NCBI GenBank assembly: GCA_008369845.1
Contig: MRSU01007088.1
Span: forward strand, 1 to 47,178
Length of the DNA: 47,178 bases
From: Trichomonas gallinae
Taxonomy: Eukaryota
Direction: 5' to 3'
The notes under the pieces are model-generated. The model had not been told where the DNA came from. It saw only the letters and a program-made list of their open reading frames with translations, and made no database searches. Below, one piece after another: positions 30,796 through 41,000 of the stretch (positions are counted from its first letter, which is position 1; each line of letters begins with the position of its first letter). Position numbers and translations under genes: made by a program.

Positions 30796-33700
30796 TTAGA
30801 ATGGAATCAAGTATTTCATTGTTTTGAGTGGCGAGAAAGGAGTCACGGAGCAGTACATTAATGCCTCGTTCATTGTCATTCTTGTCCTCATGTTTTCCAA
30901 AATAAATGGATTCTGTTTGACAGGTTTGCCTGTGCATATTGAGTACTGCAGTGTTTTATCGATGTCAATCGGAATAATTCCTGAAGAAGGAGCCGAGAAA
31001 GTTTTTCCTCCAGTTGCAGATTCAGAAGAAACGAAATCTTTCTCATTCATTTCATGGTTCTGTGCAAAAACTTGTGCCATTTCTTTCTCTGAAATAGACA
31101 GAGCCATTAGTGCTACAACTTTGGCTTCCTGGATTCTCTTAGTCAAAAACTCTTCCGCTGACAAAACTGCTGCATCTTGGAATGCATCGAAAATTAACGC
31201 TGCAACTGGTGACAAGCCGGCCCAAAGGCATTTATAAAGGCCCACGTAATGGCAAATGGCAACAGCTGCGCACCACTGCTTGGACGATGGATCAACTGAT
31301 CTCCCTGCGCATTTGATTATTTCGCTGAGTTCTTCGAGTTCTGAAAAATCGTAAACTTCCTCTGCTAAAAACTTTTGGGCTTGTTTCACAGCCAAAGAAA
31401 TTGCGTCATTGAAATCGCCAGATATTAGTCTTAATCTTATTAGATTTATTCCCTTGGCATTCCTTGACTGCTCCAAAACCTGTGAGACTGTTTTCATGCC
31501 GTTTTTCGTGTATAAATCGTTCAGTTCACTTTCGCTTGAAATCGCGAGAAACGGCGCGAATTTGCGCTTCGATGATGGGCTTAGCATCTTGAATGCATCA
31601 GGTCCTAATCCACATGAAGCGCAGGTAACAAACAAAGCTTCGTCCAAGAAATCATATCTACGGTCAACAGCTCTGGAAATCTCGAAAGCCCACGCGATTT
31701 CTCCGCTCATGAAAAGCTTCATTACTGCTCCATCTGCATCCCCGACAGACAAAAGAGAAGCTGCTGCAAGAAGTGGCTTCCCTTCTCTTGAATATTTTTC
31801 TGTCATCATTGATGAAACTCTTCGCAATTCAGGAGAAATTTCATCAACTGAGTCAACGACAAAATCTTTGTTTTCTTTTTCTTCGTCGCTCGAGAAAACT
31901 ATTGAAGAAGCTGGATCTCTTGTTTCTCTCGTTGAAGCAGCAACCAGCATTGCTATTGAATATAGGCCCTGCTTTGCAAGGCATTCTATTGCGTCTGCTT
32001 TGTTTCCAGCGATTATTAAAAGATTTGCACCTTCTTCAGTTTCTTCGAGCATCTTCGCACGCGCTAAAACGAGAGATCGCCAGAATTGCGAGCTCACAGC
32101 TGGTGCAACAGATAAAGCAGCATCAAACTCGCCACATACGAACATTAGTTCGCAGTATCTCTTTATGTTGCCGATTTTAAGAGAAATTTCTGCAGCATCT
32201 AAAGCAAGTTTTTTAGTACTTTTTAGTCTCTGCATCTCTGACAGTTGATTTGGTAAAGTTTGGACGATTTTGTTGACCCTCTTCTTGTGGATTCTCAGGA
32301 TGTCATTGACATGTAGAATGTCTGTAGCCTTGAAATTTATTTTCTCTTTGTCTCTAGAAATTCTCTTAATGAGTTTCTCCAAAATGTCATAACCTTCTAA
32401 AGGCGAAAATTTTGACGCAATATATTTTTCTTCGTTTAAAATTGCTTTGAGTTTTGATTTTGGAAAGATCTGGTCAACAGACCAAAGCCTCACAGTGCAA
32501 TCTTTCGAAACAGTTCCTATAAGATTCGGATAATGCGGGTGACAGAATATTCCATATATATGAGAAGAATGGCAGACGAATTTTCGTAAAATCGTCAAAG
32601 TGTTTCCATCCCAAAAAATAACACAGCCGTCATAGCCGCCTGTCATTAAAATGTTTTCGTCAGATGCGAGGAACTCAATTGCTCTTGCCGGACCTTGATG
32701 TTCCTTTGCTACTATCTTGGAGCCTTCTTCTATGTTCATCAGAATCACTGCACCTTCATCGTCGACGGCAGCAATTCGGTTCTTATCATGCCTTGACCAA
32801 GCAACATCAAAAATTTTCTCATTTGATGCTTTGATGATTTTAAAAGCTCCGCCATCATGGCGCACGTAAACAGAGCCATTGGCGCATGCGATTCCTATCT
32901 TGTCGCCTTGATGAGACCACCTGCATTTCCTCAATTTCGAGTTTATCAGGATCTTGGTCAAAATTTGTCGCTTGCTCGTATCATATATTATGCACGTGTT
33001 ATCTTCAGAGGAACTCGCGAGCAGAGAATTCGACGCAGGACACCAGGAGACACCCAATACTGGCTCTTTATGTATTCTTTCGTCTAAAACGACTTTCGAG
33101 TTCTGAACGTTATAAACTACAATGTGACCTGTTGAATTTCCGACAGCGACAAAACCTCCGCCGTCAGAAAAAGCTATGCAAAACAGAGAATGAGAGTTTT
33201 CTTCAAGGTAAACTGACTGGACTTGTTCAAGTGTCGGAATTCGCCAGAAGCAGACTCGTCCATCAGCTGATGCTGTCGCAATCAAGGAAGGATCGCTTGG
33301 CAGAAAAGCGCCCGAAAAAATCGTGTTCGTATGTGCACGTGGTACTTTTTGCCTGTATTCCTTGGAAACTGCGTCGTAGATGCCAATCGATCCATCAGTG
33401 AAAGCAATCACCAGGTCCTTGTGAGAGATGAGAGTTATGTTGGTTATGCCAGATCCGTCGCCTATTGTCACTGTGTCAACAACTTCGCCGCTGGAAACTG
33501 ACCAAAAATACAAAATTCCGTGCTCGCTGTCTCCTGTTACTACGTGGCCTGGCATGCATGGGATCCAGTCTCCTGCTGTGCTTCTTATTTTCCTTCGGTC
33601 TGATACTGTAATTAAACGCGCTGATTGTCCGATAATAACATATCCCCACTTTTTGCTTCTTGTTAGGATAAAACAGTTGGAGCTGTTAAGTGGGTCGAAT

Positions 33701-34263
33701 TTCATGCAATATGGAGTTGCTCTTACTTTCGTATGAAAAACTTCGCTCGTACTTAAATTTATTATATCCATTTCTTTGTTATCTGCTGAATATAGTATTT
33801 GATCTGCAGTGCGTGGTATCGGAACAAACATCCTGGGTACTCCAGCTTCAACAGAAACGATCGAAGAGTTAAGATTATTTGCATCAACGATATGAAATAT
33901 AGATACTTCAGCGCAGAGTATAATAATCTGGCTTCCATCCGGCGAAAATTGTATTTCTGCTATCGGATACTCGATTTTTCCAATGTAATCTGTAATTTTA
34001 TGAGTTAATAAGTTAAAAAAATACATGTGCTTCGATTTGTTCATTATAAACGCGATTTCATGCCTCGAAGGTGACAACCGAACCAACTCAAATAGGTCAC
34101 TCCCTTGACAAATAAATTCAACTTGTTCCATTTCGGGTATTTTGTACAAATAAAGCGAATGGTGGCTTCCGTACAGGTAGTACTTGTCATTGGAAGAGAT
34201 TAGACTCGAAGATGAAAACCCAATCCCACTTGCAGCTGTTGATATTCGCCGCAAAGGAATCAT
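30796..34263 (-). CDS. WDR17: WD40-repeat protein, WDR17-like
   Basis: Multiple WD repeats (AHTNTIF..IATASADGRVCFW). GNIKRYCELM..ALSVAPAVS and the C-terminus EALMYCSVTPFSPL..LIPF are characteristic of WDR17. Confidence 0.85.
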   Translation of the reverse strand: MIPLRRISTAASGIGFSSSSLISSNDKYYLYGSHHSLYLYKIPEMEQVEFICQGSDLFELVRLSPSRHEIAFIMNKSKHMYFFNLLTHKITDYIGKIEYPIAEIQFSPDGSQIIILCAEVSIFHIVDANNLNSSIVSVEAGVPRMFVPIPRTADQILYSADNKEMDIINLSTSEVFHTKVRATPYCMKFDPLNSSNCFILTRSKKWGYVIIGQSARLITVSDRRKIRSTAGDWIPCMPGHVVTGDSEHGILYFWSVSSGEVVDTVTIGDGSGITNITLISHKDLVIAFTDGSIGIYDAVSKEYRQKVPRAHTNTIFSGAFLPSDPSLIATASADGRVCFWRIPTLEQVQSVYLEENSHSLFCIAFSDGGGFVAVGNSTGHIVVYNVQNSKVVLDERIHKEPVLGVSWCPASNSLLASSSEDNTCIIYDTSKRQILTKILINSKLRKCRWSHQGDKIGIACANGSVYVRHDGGAFKIIKASNEKIFDVAWSRHDKNRIAAVDDEGAVILMNIEEGSKIVAKEHQGPARAIEFLASDENILMTGGYDGCVIFWDGNTLTILRKFVCHSSHIYGIFCHPHYPNLIGTVSKDCTVRLWSVDQIFPKSKLKAILNEEKYIASKFSPLEGYDILEKLIKRISRDKEKINFKATDILHVNDILRIHKKRVNKIVQTLPNQLSEMQRLKSTKKLALDAAEISLKIGNIKRYCELMFVCGEFDAALSVAPAVSSQFWRSLVLARAKMLEETEEGANLLIIAGNKADAIECLAKQGLYSIAMLVAASTRETRDPASSIVFSSDEEKENKDFVVDSVDEISPELRRVSSMMTEKYSREGKPLLAAASLLSVGDADGAVMKLFMSGEIAWAFEISRAVDRRYDFLDEALFVTCASCGLGPDAFKMLSPSSKRKFAPFLAISSESELNDLYTKNGMKTVSQVLEQSRNAKGINLIRLRLISGDFNDAISLAVKQAQKFLAEEVYDFSELEELSEIIKCAGRSVDPSSKQWCAAVAICHYVGLYKCLWAGLSPVAALIFDAFQDAAVLSAEEFLTKRIQEAKVVALMALSISEKEMAQVFAQNHEMNEKDFVSSESATGGKTFSAPSSGIIPIDIDKTLQYSICTGKPVKQNPFILENMRTRMTMNEALMYCSVTPFSPLKTMKYLIPF

Positions 34264-34317
34264 AATGATTATTTTTTATTTTTTCGATGCTTTCTCTTCG
34301 AAAAATTATTTTTTATT

Positions 34318-35694
34318 ATGGAGTTTCCTATTATCCTATTTTCGGGTGAAAACAATTCATTAGAATTCAACCTGAAAGTTGTGGAATTCCCTTCTTCTGT
34401 TACTTTGCAGTACTTCCTGATGGATGGAACTTACTTTATGACTGATGAAATATCGCAATTCACTGGAATTAGCGTGAAGGACCTAAATTCTAATGTTCTT
34501 CAGCTGATTGGACCCGTAGAGAGGAAAATTCGCTTCAGAAATTCCAAAGATTTCTCGAATATTTTCTCATATTTAAAGCATGCATATAATATTAAGCCGT
34601 CGACGGAATCAAGTGATATATTATTAATCGACAACAAGAATACTAAAGATGAAACACCATTTAAAGGCAAACAAAGGGCTTTTGAAACAATTGTATTTAC
34701 TGATAACACTCCCAAGAGCGATTTCGGTTTTTCGGATAACTTTACAACCGATTTCATATGGAAGAAACCTGTTGCGATTACTCCGAATGATTTACTTACT
34801 TTATATCCGCATGAATTCTATAAATCCGTTACTCCGTTCTCAGTTTTAAATCCTGAGCTCGTCACAATAGCTTCATTATGGACCAATGTGTTATTTAAGC
34901 GCGACAAAAATTATTATCAAGAATATCTTCAATTGCAAAATCAGTGGAAAACAATAAGCGCGTTTCAATGGAAACATAGCTATGAACTCAGGAACATGAT
35001 AAAGAAACTCGAAATTCACGTTGAACGTTCGATATTGAAATCAAACCAATTAAGAACGATTTTGTTCAATATCAACATTTCAACGCACTTCTACTTGAAT
35101 AAGATGCGCTTTGATGAAACTCAATTTAAGTTTATTGAGCTTTTCATGTCTTTATTTATTGTTGGCGCGTTTAACGAGAATAAAGTCTGTCTCCGCTCTG
35201 GGGAAACAGTAGGAAATGATGAGGCAGCAGCTAGAATCTTCTTTACTTATCTTAATTTTTATTCAAGATTTATTGATCAAATTACATTCGAATTCTCAAA
35301 CAGGCGTGATTTGATTTTCTCGATTAGAACTCTTTTGAGCAAGTTTTGCGCATCAATCTCGGACCAATTCGAGAAATTAACAGATGAAGAAATTGACTAC
35401 GTTGTTCAGCACTTTTACAAGTTCTTAATTAATCTAAGAAGGCAGGAAGATGTAATGCTCTTAATATCAGACGTTCTCACTTCATCTCGTCCTGGTGTGT
35501 TTTTCAGATGCTTAATTTGCTCCTCAATCAAGATGTATTTTGACTTCTTGACAACATGTGATTTAATTAGTAAGGCTCCTTTCGAATCCTCTTTTGATCA
35601 ATTTATATCAAATACAAATTTCAGACTTTTCCTATATAATAGTGAAATGTTACACTCTCACATTGCTCCATTCATTGTATCTGCTCATAAATAA
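34318..35694 (+). CDS. Degenerate TBC1D15/Gyp7-like TBC protein (probable pseudo-GAP)
   Basis: EYLQLQNQWKTISAFQWKH..LEIHVERS resembles the TBC1D15/17 EY..K.QW..IE.DV.RT block, but no YxQG is present. Confidence 0.55.
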   Translation: MEFPIILFSGENNSLEFNLKVVEFPSSVTLQYFLMDGTYFMTDEISQFTGISVKDLNSNVLQLIGPVERKIRFRNSKDFSNIFSYLKHAYNIKPSTESSDILLIDNKNTKDETPFKGKQRAFETIVFTDNTPKSDFGFSDNFTTDFIWKKPVAITPNDLLTLYPHEFYKSVTPFSVLNPELVTIASLWTNVLFKRDKNYYQEYLQLQNQWKTISAFQWKHSYELRNMIKKLEIHVERSILKSNQLRTILFNINISTHFYLNKMRFDETQFKFIELFMSLFIVGAFNENKVCLRSGETVGNDEAAARIFFTYLNFYSRFIDQITFEFSNRRDLIFSIRTLLSKFCASISDQFEKLTDEEIDYVVQHFYKFLINLRRQEDVMLLISDVLTSSRPGVFFRCLICSSIKMYFDFLTTCDLISKAPFESSFDQFISNTNFRLFLYNSEMLHSHIAPFIVSAHK

Positions 35695-35821
35695 ATCATT
35701 ATTTTATTCTGTTTGCAAAATTCAAAGTTTTTCTCCTAAAAATCAAAAATCATTGAATATAATTCCCAAAATATCAAACTAATCCAACAACTCTCAACAA
35801 TACAAAGCAATAAACATAATA

Positions 35822-36045
35822 TTATTAAAAAAAAATTTATTGAAAAAATATAATTTGAATTCATCTTAAATAAATTAGTTCATTCGCTAATTTTATGTCA
35901 ATATTAATTAATGAAAACAATAAAATTGAATTTTATTAAAAAATTTTAACGAAAAATATAATTTGATTTCATGTTATATAAATTAGTCCATTCGTTAATT
36001 TTTGGTCAATTTTAATTAATGATAATAATAAAAATAGGTTTTATT
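35822..36045. repeat. Two-copy diverged tandem duplication, period about 108 bp
   Basis: AAAAATATAATTTGA.TTCAT.TTA.ATAAATTAGT.CATTCG.TAATTTT..GTCAAT.TTAATTAATGA occurs twice (CATTCG at 35881 and 35989). Confidence 0.85.
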
Positions 36046-36126
36046 GATGTTTATTTTTTGATTGAATATAAAGAAAGAAATTGATAAATAAAAATAAGAT
36101 AAAACATATGTGTTTAGATATAAGTT

Positions 36127-38247
36127 CTACAACATTACCATAGATGTTCCGAAAATTATAGATTTCCTCACATCAAGCAATTCCTGTGGAGATCCCTTCT
36201 CCGACGACGCGAACACTGCGTCGAAGAAAGAAGTGAGACCGAAGCTGAATGAGAAAGGAGATTCATTCTCCTTTTCATTCCTCAGGTTCTCCTCCTCGTG
36301 CCTGACGCTGTCTACGACGAAAGACGAGCGCGCAATCGCGTGGCTGTATAGCTTGGCGTGCTTGGTGATGTCAGCCCTGCAGCCGTCGACTATCGCCTGG
36401 AACTCAGTCTCAGTGAATTCCATGCCAGGCTTCCTGAACATGTAAATTACCGTTCCATAGTTGCCCTCTCCGCTCAGGAACAGGTCGTGGACTGTGCTGA
36501 GGTCGGCATTCATTCCTCCCTTAAGTAGAGCGAGCCTAACCATCTCAATGAAAATATCTGCATATTGAGGTGTGAATAAAAAGCTCTCAGTGAGGAAGAA
36601 CTCGGCGTTCTTGAGGTTAAAGAACGGGCTGAGTGGGTTCATAGCGATTCTAGCCGCTTCTACCCAGATTTCGCCGGATTTCGGAGCGTTCATTATAGCT
36701 TCTACGAGGCGCTGGCTCTGCTGCTGCTCCTCTTCCAGCTGTACATACAGAGCCCATAGTCTACCTGTCGCGCTGTGCGTTTCTAAGCCGTTTCTGACCC
36801 ATTTGAGACATTTCTTGCGATTTCCACGACGAATTAAGAAGAGGGAGTATTCCAGGAATATCCTCCAGTCGCTGTTGAATTCATTCCTCAGCTGCTTGTA
36901 GATTTTCGTCGCGTTTTTGATATCATTGATTTGTTCATAGTATTTTGCGATAACCATGAGGACAGTTGATATTGATTTTTGCGGAGTAATGTGGAGCGTG
37001 TAGTTAAGGAGCTTCTCTGTGAGGCTCAGCTGGCCAAATAAAGCTTCGATTATTGCAGAGTTGTATAAAAACCTCCAGCGTTGATCGTTAGCTGCAGTGG
37101 CCATTGCTTCAGCCAATATTCTGCGTGCGCTCTTCATATCTCCAAGAAGAGCAAATTGAAATGCAGCAGTTTGCGCAATTTTGGTCATTGTCGACGGCGA
37201 CAGCTTCCCTGCTGCGTTGTTAAGCGCTTCCATTGTTTCCTGAGGCGTTTTCTGCATCGAAATGAAATGAAGCCAATTTGAAGGCATTAAAGGGAACTTT
37301 TCGATGCCATTTTTAGAGCATTGCAGAGATAATTCGTATAAGCCTCGACGGCGGATGTCTTCAGCCAGTTCTACGAAGAATCCATACTTAATTTGAGATG
37401 ATTTTTCTAATTCGCTAAGTAAATTGAGTGATTTCTTTATGTCTCCGTGTCTGATTTCGAACAAGATTCCTTCAAGAAGGCTCGGAGTTGCAGCTGGGAC
37501 GCCTAAACGCCTGTAAAGTGCGCCAAGGACTTTCCTGACTCCTTCGAACTTCTGGCGCCTCTCGAGCATCTTCAAAAGCTTCGGAGTGAGCTGCTCGTGT
37601 TGAGCGCAAACGAAAATACCGTTTCGAAGAATATTTTCTGCTTCTTCGATTTGTCCGAGCTCTTCAAGCACTTTTGAGTGGTCCATGTAATTCTGTGCAT
37701 TTCCTGGTTCAGTTTCCGTCGCCTTTTCATAAAGATTTAGCGCATCGTTGAAAAGAAAATTTCTTTTGTTGATTTCTGCTGCTTGTCTGTATATTTTTCC
37801 GAGTTCCTTCGGGTCTGTCTTGTTTTTTACGAATCTTTGCAGTTGTTTGTTTGCTTTATTTATCTTATCTGGAGAATCTCTTTCAAGAATTGCTTCGTAA
37901 AGTTCTAGTGAAGGTGTTGGTTTCTGCTGGCTCGCAAGTTGCTTTAACCCGTGCGGTAGAAGATCAGAAGGTTTGTGCATCGCGAATGATAAATCTATTG
38001 GCGGGACTGCGTCCATGTCGGAGGAATTTAGAGATCTAGAGCGTCTGTGGGATGGTGATGGCATGAAAGGCGCGCCAGTATTTTTATACGATTCATCGAG
38101 AGCTGGAGAAGGTTCTTCGCTTGATTCGTTGAAAAAATCATCGATTCTGGGCCCTGATTTATGGGGCACTGATCCTACTCGTCTATCTGATGACATCTGT
38201 GTGGGCTCCTCATCCATCACGTCATTCCAGTATGATAGGGAAGACAT
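36127..38247 (-). CDS. HAT/TPR-repeat protein with a disordered Ser/Pro-rich N-terminus
   Basis: Repeated helical units (ALNLYEKATETEPGNAQNY, WRIFLEY, GRLWALYVQLE, APKSGEIWVEAAR, FTPQYAD); TCACTT Inr at 38260-38265 on the - strand. Confidence 0.85.
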   Translation of the reverse strand: MSSLSYWNDVMDEEPTQMSSDRRVGSVPHKSGPRIDDFFNESSEEPSPALDESYKNTGAPFMPSPSHRRSRSLNSSDMDAVPPIDLSFAMHKPSDLLPHGLKQLASQQKPTPSLELYEAILERDSPDKINKANKQLQRFVKNKTDPKELGKIYRQAAEINKRNFLFNDALNLYEKATETEPGNAQNYMDHSKVLEELGQIEEAENILRNGIFVCAQHEQLTPKLLKMLERRQKFEGVRKVLGALYRRLGVPAATPSLLEGILFEIRHGDIKKSLNLLSELEKSSQIKYGFFVELAEDIRRRGLYELSLQCSKNGIEKFPLMPSNWLHFISMQKTPQETMEALNNAAGKLSPSTMTKIAQTAAFQFALLGDMKSARRILAEAMATAANDQRWRFLYNSAIIEALFGQLSLTEKLLNYTLHITPQKSISTVLMVIAKYYEQINDIKNATKIYKQLRNEFNSDWRIFLEYSLFLIRRGNRKKCLKWVRNGLETHSATGRLWALYVQLEEEQQQSQRLVEAIMNAPKSGEIWVEAARIAMNPLSPFFNLKNAEFFLTESFLFTPQYADIFIEMVRLALLKGGMNADLSTVHDLFLSGEGNYGTVIYMFRKPGMEFTETEFQAIVDGCRADITKHAKLYSHAIARSSFVVDSVRHEEENLRNEKENESPFSFSFGLTSFFDAVFASSEKGSPQELLDVRKSIIFGTSMVML

Positions 38248-38827
38248 GCAATCAGATGGAAGTGACGTTTAAAAATCAAAAAAATAATTTTGCTTTATAT
38301 ATTTAATATTTCGAATATATAATACTTAAAATTCACTTTTTACTAAGAAATGTTGCGTTTTTCGTCAAATTTCAAAATTCAAAAACAAAAATCTTATCAT
38401 TGAAGATCATCTTTACTATTGTTTAAATATTTAGATCTTTTATATGATAAATATAGCTTAATTTTAGCTCAATTTGGAGTTTTTAGAAAATTCAAAATAT
38501 AAAATCAATAAATAGAATATTGGAATGAAAAATTTGTACACTATTTGACCAAAATCACATAGTAAGAACAGAAAATCACACAAAGTTTCAAAATCATAAC
38601 ATAAAGATTTGTTTTATGAATGAAAATCTAGATATTTATCGTCTATCCATACTAGATTACTAATTTGTATTGTCATATTTTTGAGATTCTCATTAATGAA
38701 ATTTATTTGAATAGAAAAGAATCATGAAACTGTAATGAAACAATTTGATCATTTATTCAAATAAATCTGGTAATTAGAAATAGCCTACATTTGATATATA
38801 TATATATAAACAACATTTTACAGACAA

Positions 38828-40390
38828 TTAAAAATTAAAATGCTTGCTCGATGATATTATATTGCCGCACTGGACGCAATAACCGTAAAAATAAGCAGAG
38901 TCGTTTGGATGTGGCTGGAACTGGCAGTTTCCTTTACATGCTGCTGCATCAGAAGCCGGAGGAAGCTCTTTGCAAATGTTGCAGTACCACATCATCTGTC
39001 CATCGACGTTTTTAAGTCTGACGCCGACGCTGCAGCATCTCGCGCATTTGTACTGCATCCACTTGCTTCCGCATTTTGCGCACTTCGGGTATCTATAGTT
39101 CTTGCATGACGGGCACATTCCAGTTGGATCAGTGAGGTTGTCAACTCTCCAGCCGCAAGGGAAGTAGACTGTTTTATCGTGTTTGTCGCAAGCAGCGAAT
39201 TTTATCTCCTTCAACGCCCAGTAAAGAGGCGCGTTTTCTCCTGCCCACGCATAAGCGCTGAGCTTTGACTTAACATCAGGATGGAATTTGATGCCATCGC
39301 AGATGATTCTCGCCTTGGCAATAGAAACAATCTCGTGCATGGCATCTACCCATCTCACAATGTCACTTTTAGCAATTTCATCTACAGATGGATGCCAGAC
39401 GAACTGCGCACATCCTGGTGCAGGGCAGATTGGCAAGTTGAGCATTCCGCTGCTGCTCGGCTGCCTGAGAATGTCCAGTGCGCAATCTCTGTGTATTGTG
39501 TGCCCGCATTCGAGGATGAGGCAGATACTACCCCAAAGAGGTTTGTTGCAGTGCTGACAAATTCTTCCGCCAAAAGTGCAGATTGGGCATAAAGGATGAA
39601 CCTTTTCGTCCTTCAAGCCAACGCACGCGTGTCCACATTGATGTATCTCGCAGCACATTTCCGATGCTATCTTTTGGCAGTTATCGTTATCGCAGACAAG
39701 CAAAGCGAGCTTTTTTCCGGGCGCTGAATCTGGATTTGCAGCTTTTCCGCATATCCTGCAAACAGAACCATCAACAAACCATTCATGCTCTTGGCACGTT
39801 TCACCATCATGATAAGGAACAGTGTGGCATTTGTTGCATGTGCTTATATGGCAATTTGTGCAGCAAATATAATTTTCTGCAGCACAAATGCGTTGTTCAT
39901 CTGTAAGATGATGTCCTGGTAAATCATGAACATCTTCTGGTCTGCCTTGTTCGAAAAAGAATCTGTTTCCACAGAATCTGCATTGTTTTATATTTTCACC
40001 GAGATTAGACATATCTTGTGCATCAATTTCTTCTACAAAGGCTGGATGCATTTGATCTATTTCAGCTTTCGTAAAGTTGTATTCGCAAAGAGGGCATTTT
40101 ATGTTATTTGGAAATTCTGAATTTTGATCTTCGATAATTTTTTGCATACAACTGAGGCATATCTGTTTGTGGCCACTATGTGGTACAATATTACCGCGCT
40201 GATTTGGTTTTCTTATTTTAATTCCAAAATTACAAATTGGGCAGCAGTCTTCAAGCGGAGTAAAATGAGAATTATCATCAGCCTGACAACATATGGTGTA
40301 TTTTAGAACCTCTCTCGTCTTTTTTTGAGCAGTTGAAGGCCGAGAAGTTTGGTTTTTCCCTTTCTTCTGCTGAAAAATCGACTTCTTCAT
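38828..40390 (-). CDS. Multi-zinc-finger E3 ligase-like protein: RING + IBR-like + MYCBP2/PHR-type RING and tandem-cysteine-like domain
   Basis: CGHACVGLKDE, LECGHTIHRDC, MQYKCARCCSV and WYCNIC parallel the MYCBP2 C-terminus. First ATG at 40390 with AAAGTGAC at 40407-40414 (-). Confidence 0.8.
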   Translation of the reverse strand: MKKSIFQQKKGKNQTSRPSTAQKKTREVLKYTICCQADDNSHFTPLEDCCPICNFGIKIRKPNQRGNIVPHSGHKQICLSCMQKIIEDQNSEFPNNIKCPLCEYNFTKAEIDQMHPAFVEEIDAQDMSNLGENIKQCRFCGNRFFFEQGRPEDVHDLPGHHLTDEQRICAAENYICCTNCHISTCNKCHTVPYHDGETCQEHEWFVDGSVCRICGKAANPDSAPGKKLALLVCDNDNCQKIASEMCCEIHQCGHACVGLKDEKVHPLCPICTFGGRICQHCNKPLWGSICLILECGHTIHRDCALDILRQPSSSGMLNLPICPAPGCAQFVWHPSVDEIAKSDIVRWVDAMHEIVSIAKARIICDGIKFHPDVKSKLSAYAWAGENAPLYWALKEIKFAACDKHDKTVYFPCGWRVDNLTDPTGMCPSCKNYRYPKCAKCGSKWMQYKCARCCSVGVRLKNVDGQMMWYCNICKELPPASDAAACKGNCQFQPHPNDSAYFYGYCVQCGNIISSSKHFNF

Positions 40391-40454
40391 TTTTAAAATT
40401 TTGCCTGTCACTTTTTATTTTCTATTTCCATTCATCAGATTTCATTATAAAATC

Positions 40455-40677
40455 ACCGAAAACACTTATTATTAGAGCGTCAATCTTTTTCCATTCACCA
40501 ATTCTATGATAAAAATGCCTATTACAGCTGATTTACTTCATTTTTTTACATCAAATATTTTATCTTTACCGAAAACACTTTATATTAGAGCGCCAATCTT
40601 TTAATATTCACCAATTTAATGATAAATGCATACTATCTAGTCGATTTACTTCAAATTTGAATCATTAAATATTTTAT
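40455..40677. repeat. Two-copy diverged tandem duplication, period about 113 bp
   Basis: ACCGAAAACACTT..ATTAGAGCG.CAATCTTTT..ATTCACCAATT..ATGATAAA..GATTTACTTCA begins at 40455 and 40568. Confidence 0.88.
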
Positions 40678-41000
40678 AGTCTCTACAAAAACTCAAATCT
40701 GCTTGTTTCTGATGTTTATATAGGCTAAAACCTCACATAGAAAAATATTCAAAACCTATTGTGTTTGCATTTCAAATCTTTATCGAGAAATCCTAATCTG
40801 TATCTAAAATAAATCTGCTCATATGTAGGTTGTTTCAAACCATTACTCGAATGCATTGATACTCTTCATATTTTTGAACACATATAAATATAAATTAATT
40901 TTATATTAGTATGATTCGTGTAATGTTTTATAAAACTCTATGATAGCTACTACATTAATTTCATATGAAATATTTGAATTGATAAAATATATTTTTGAAT

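Noticed and set aside
31409..32248. 279-aa antisense ORF (and many shorter ones) overlapping real genes
   Set aside because: In-register shadow ORFs of the WDR17-like and other CDSs, with Ser/Phe-rich mirror composition, non-ATG starts and no domain motifs.
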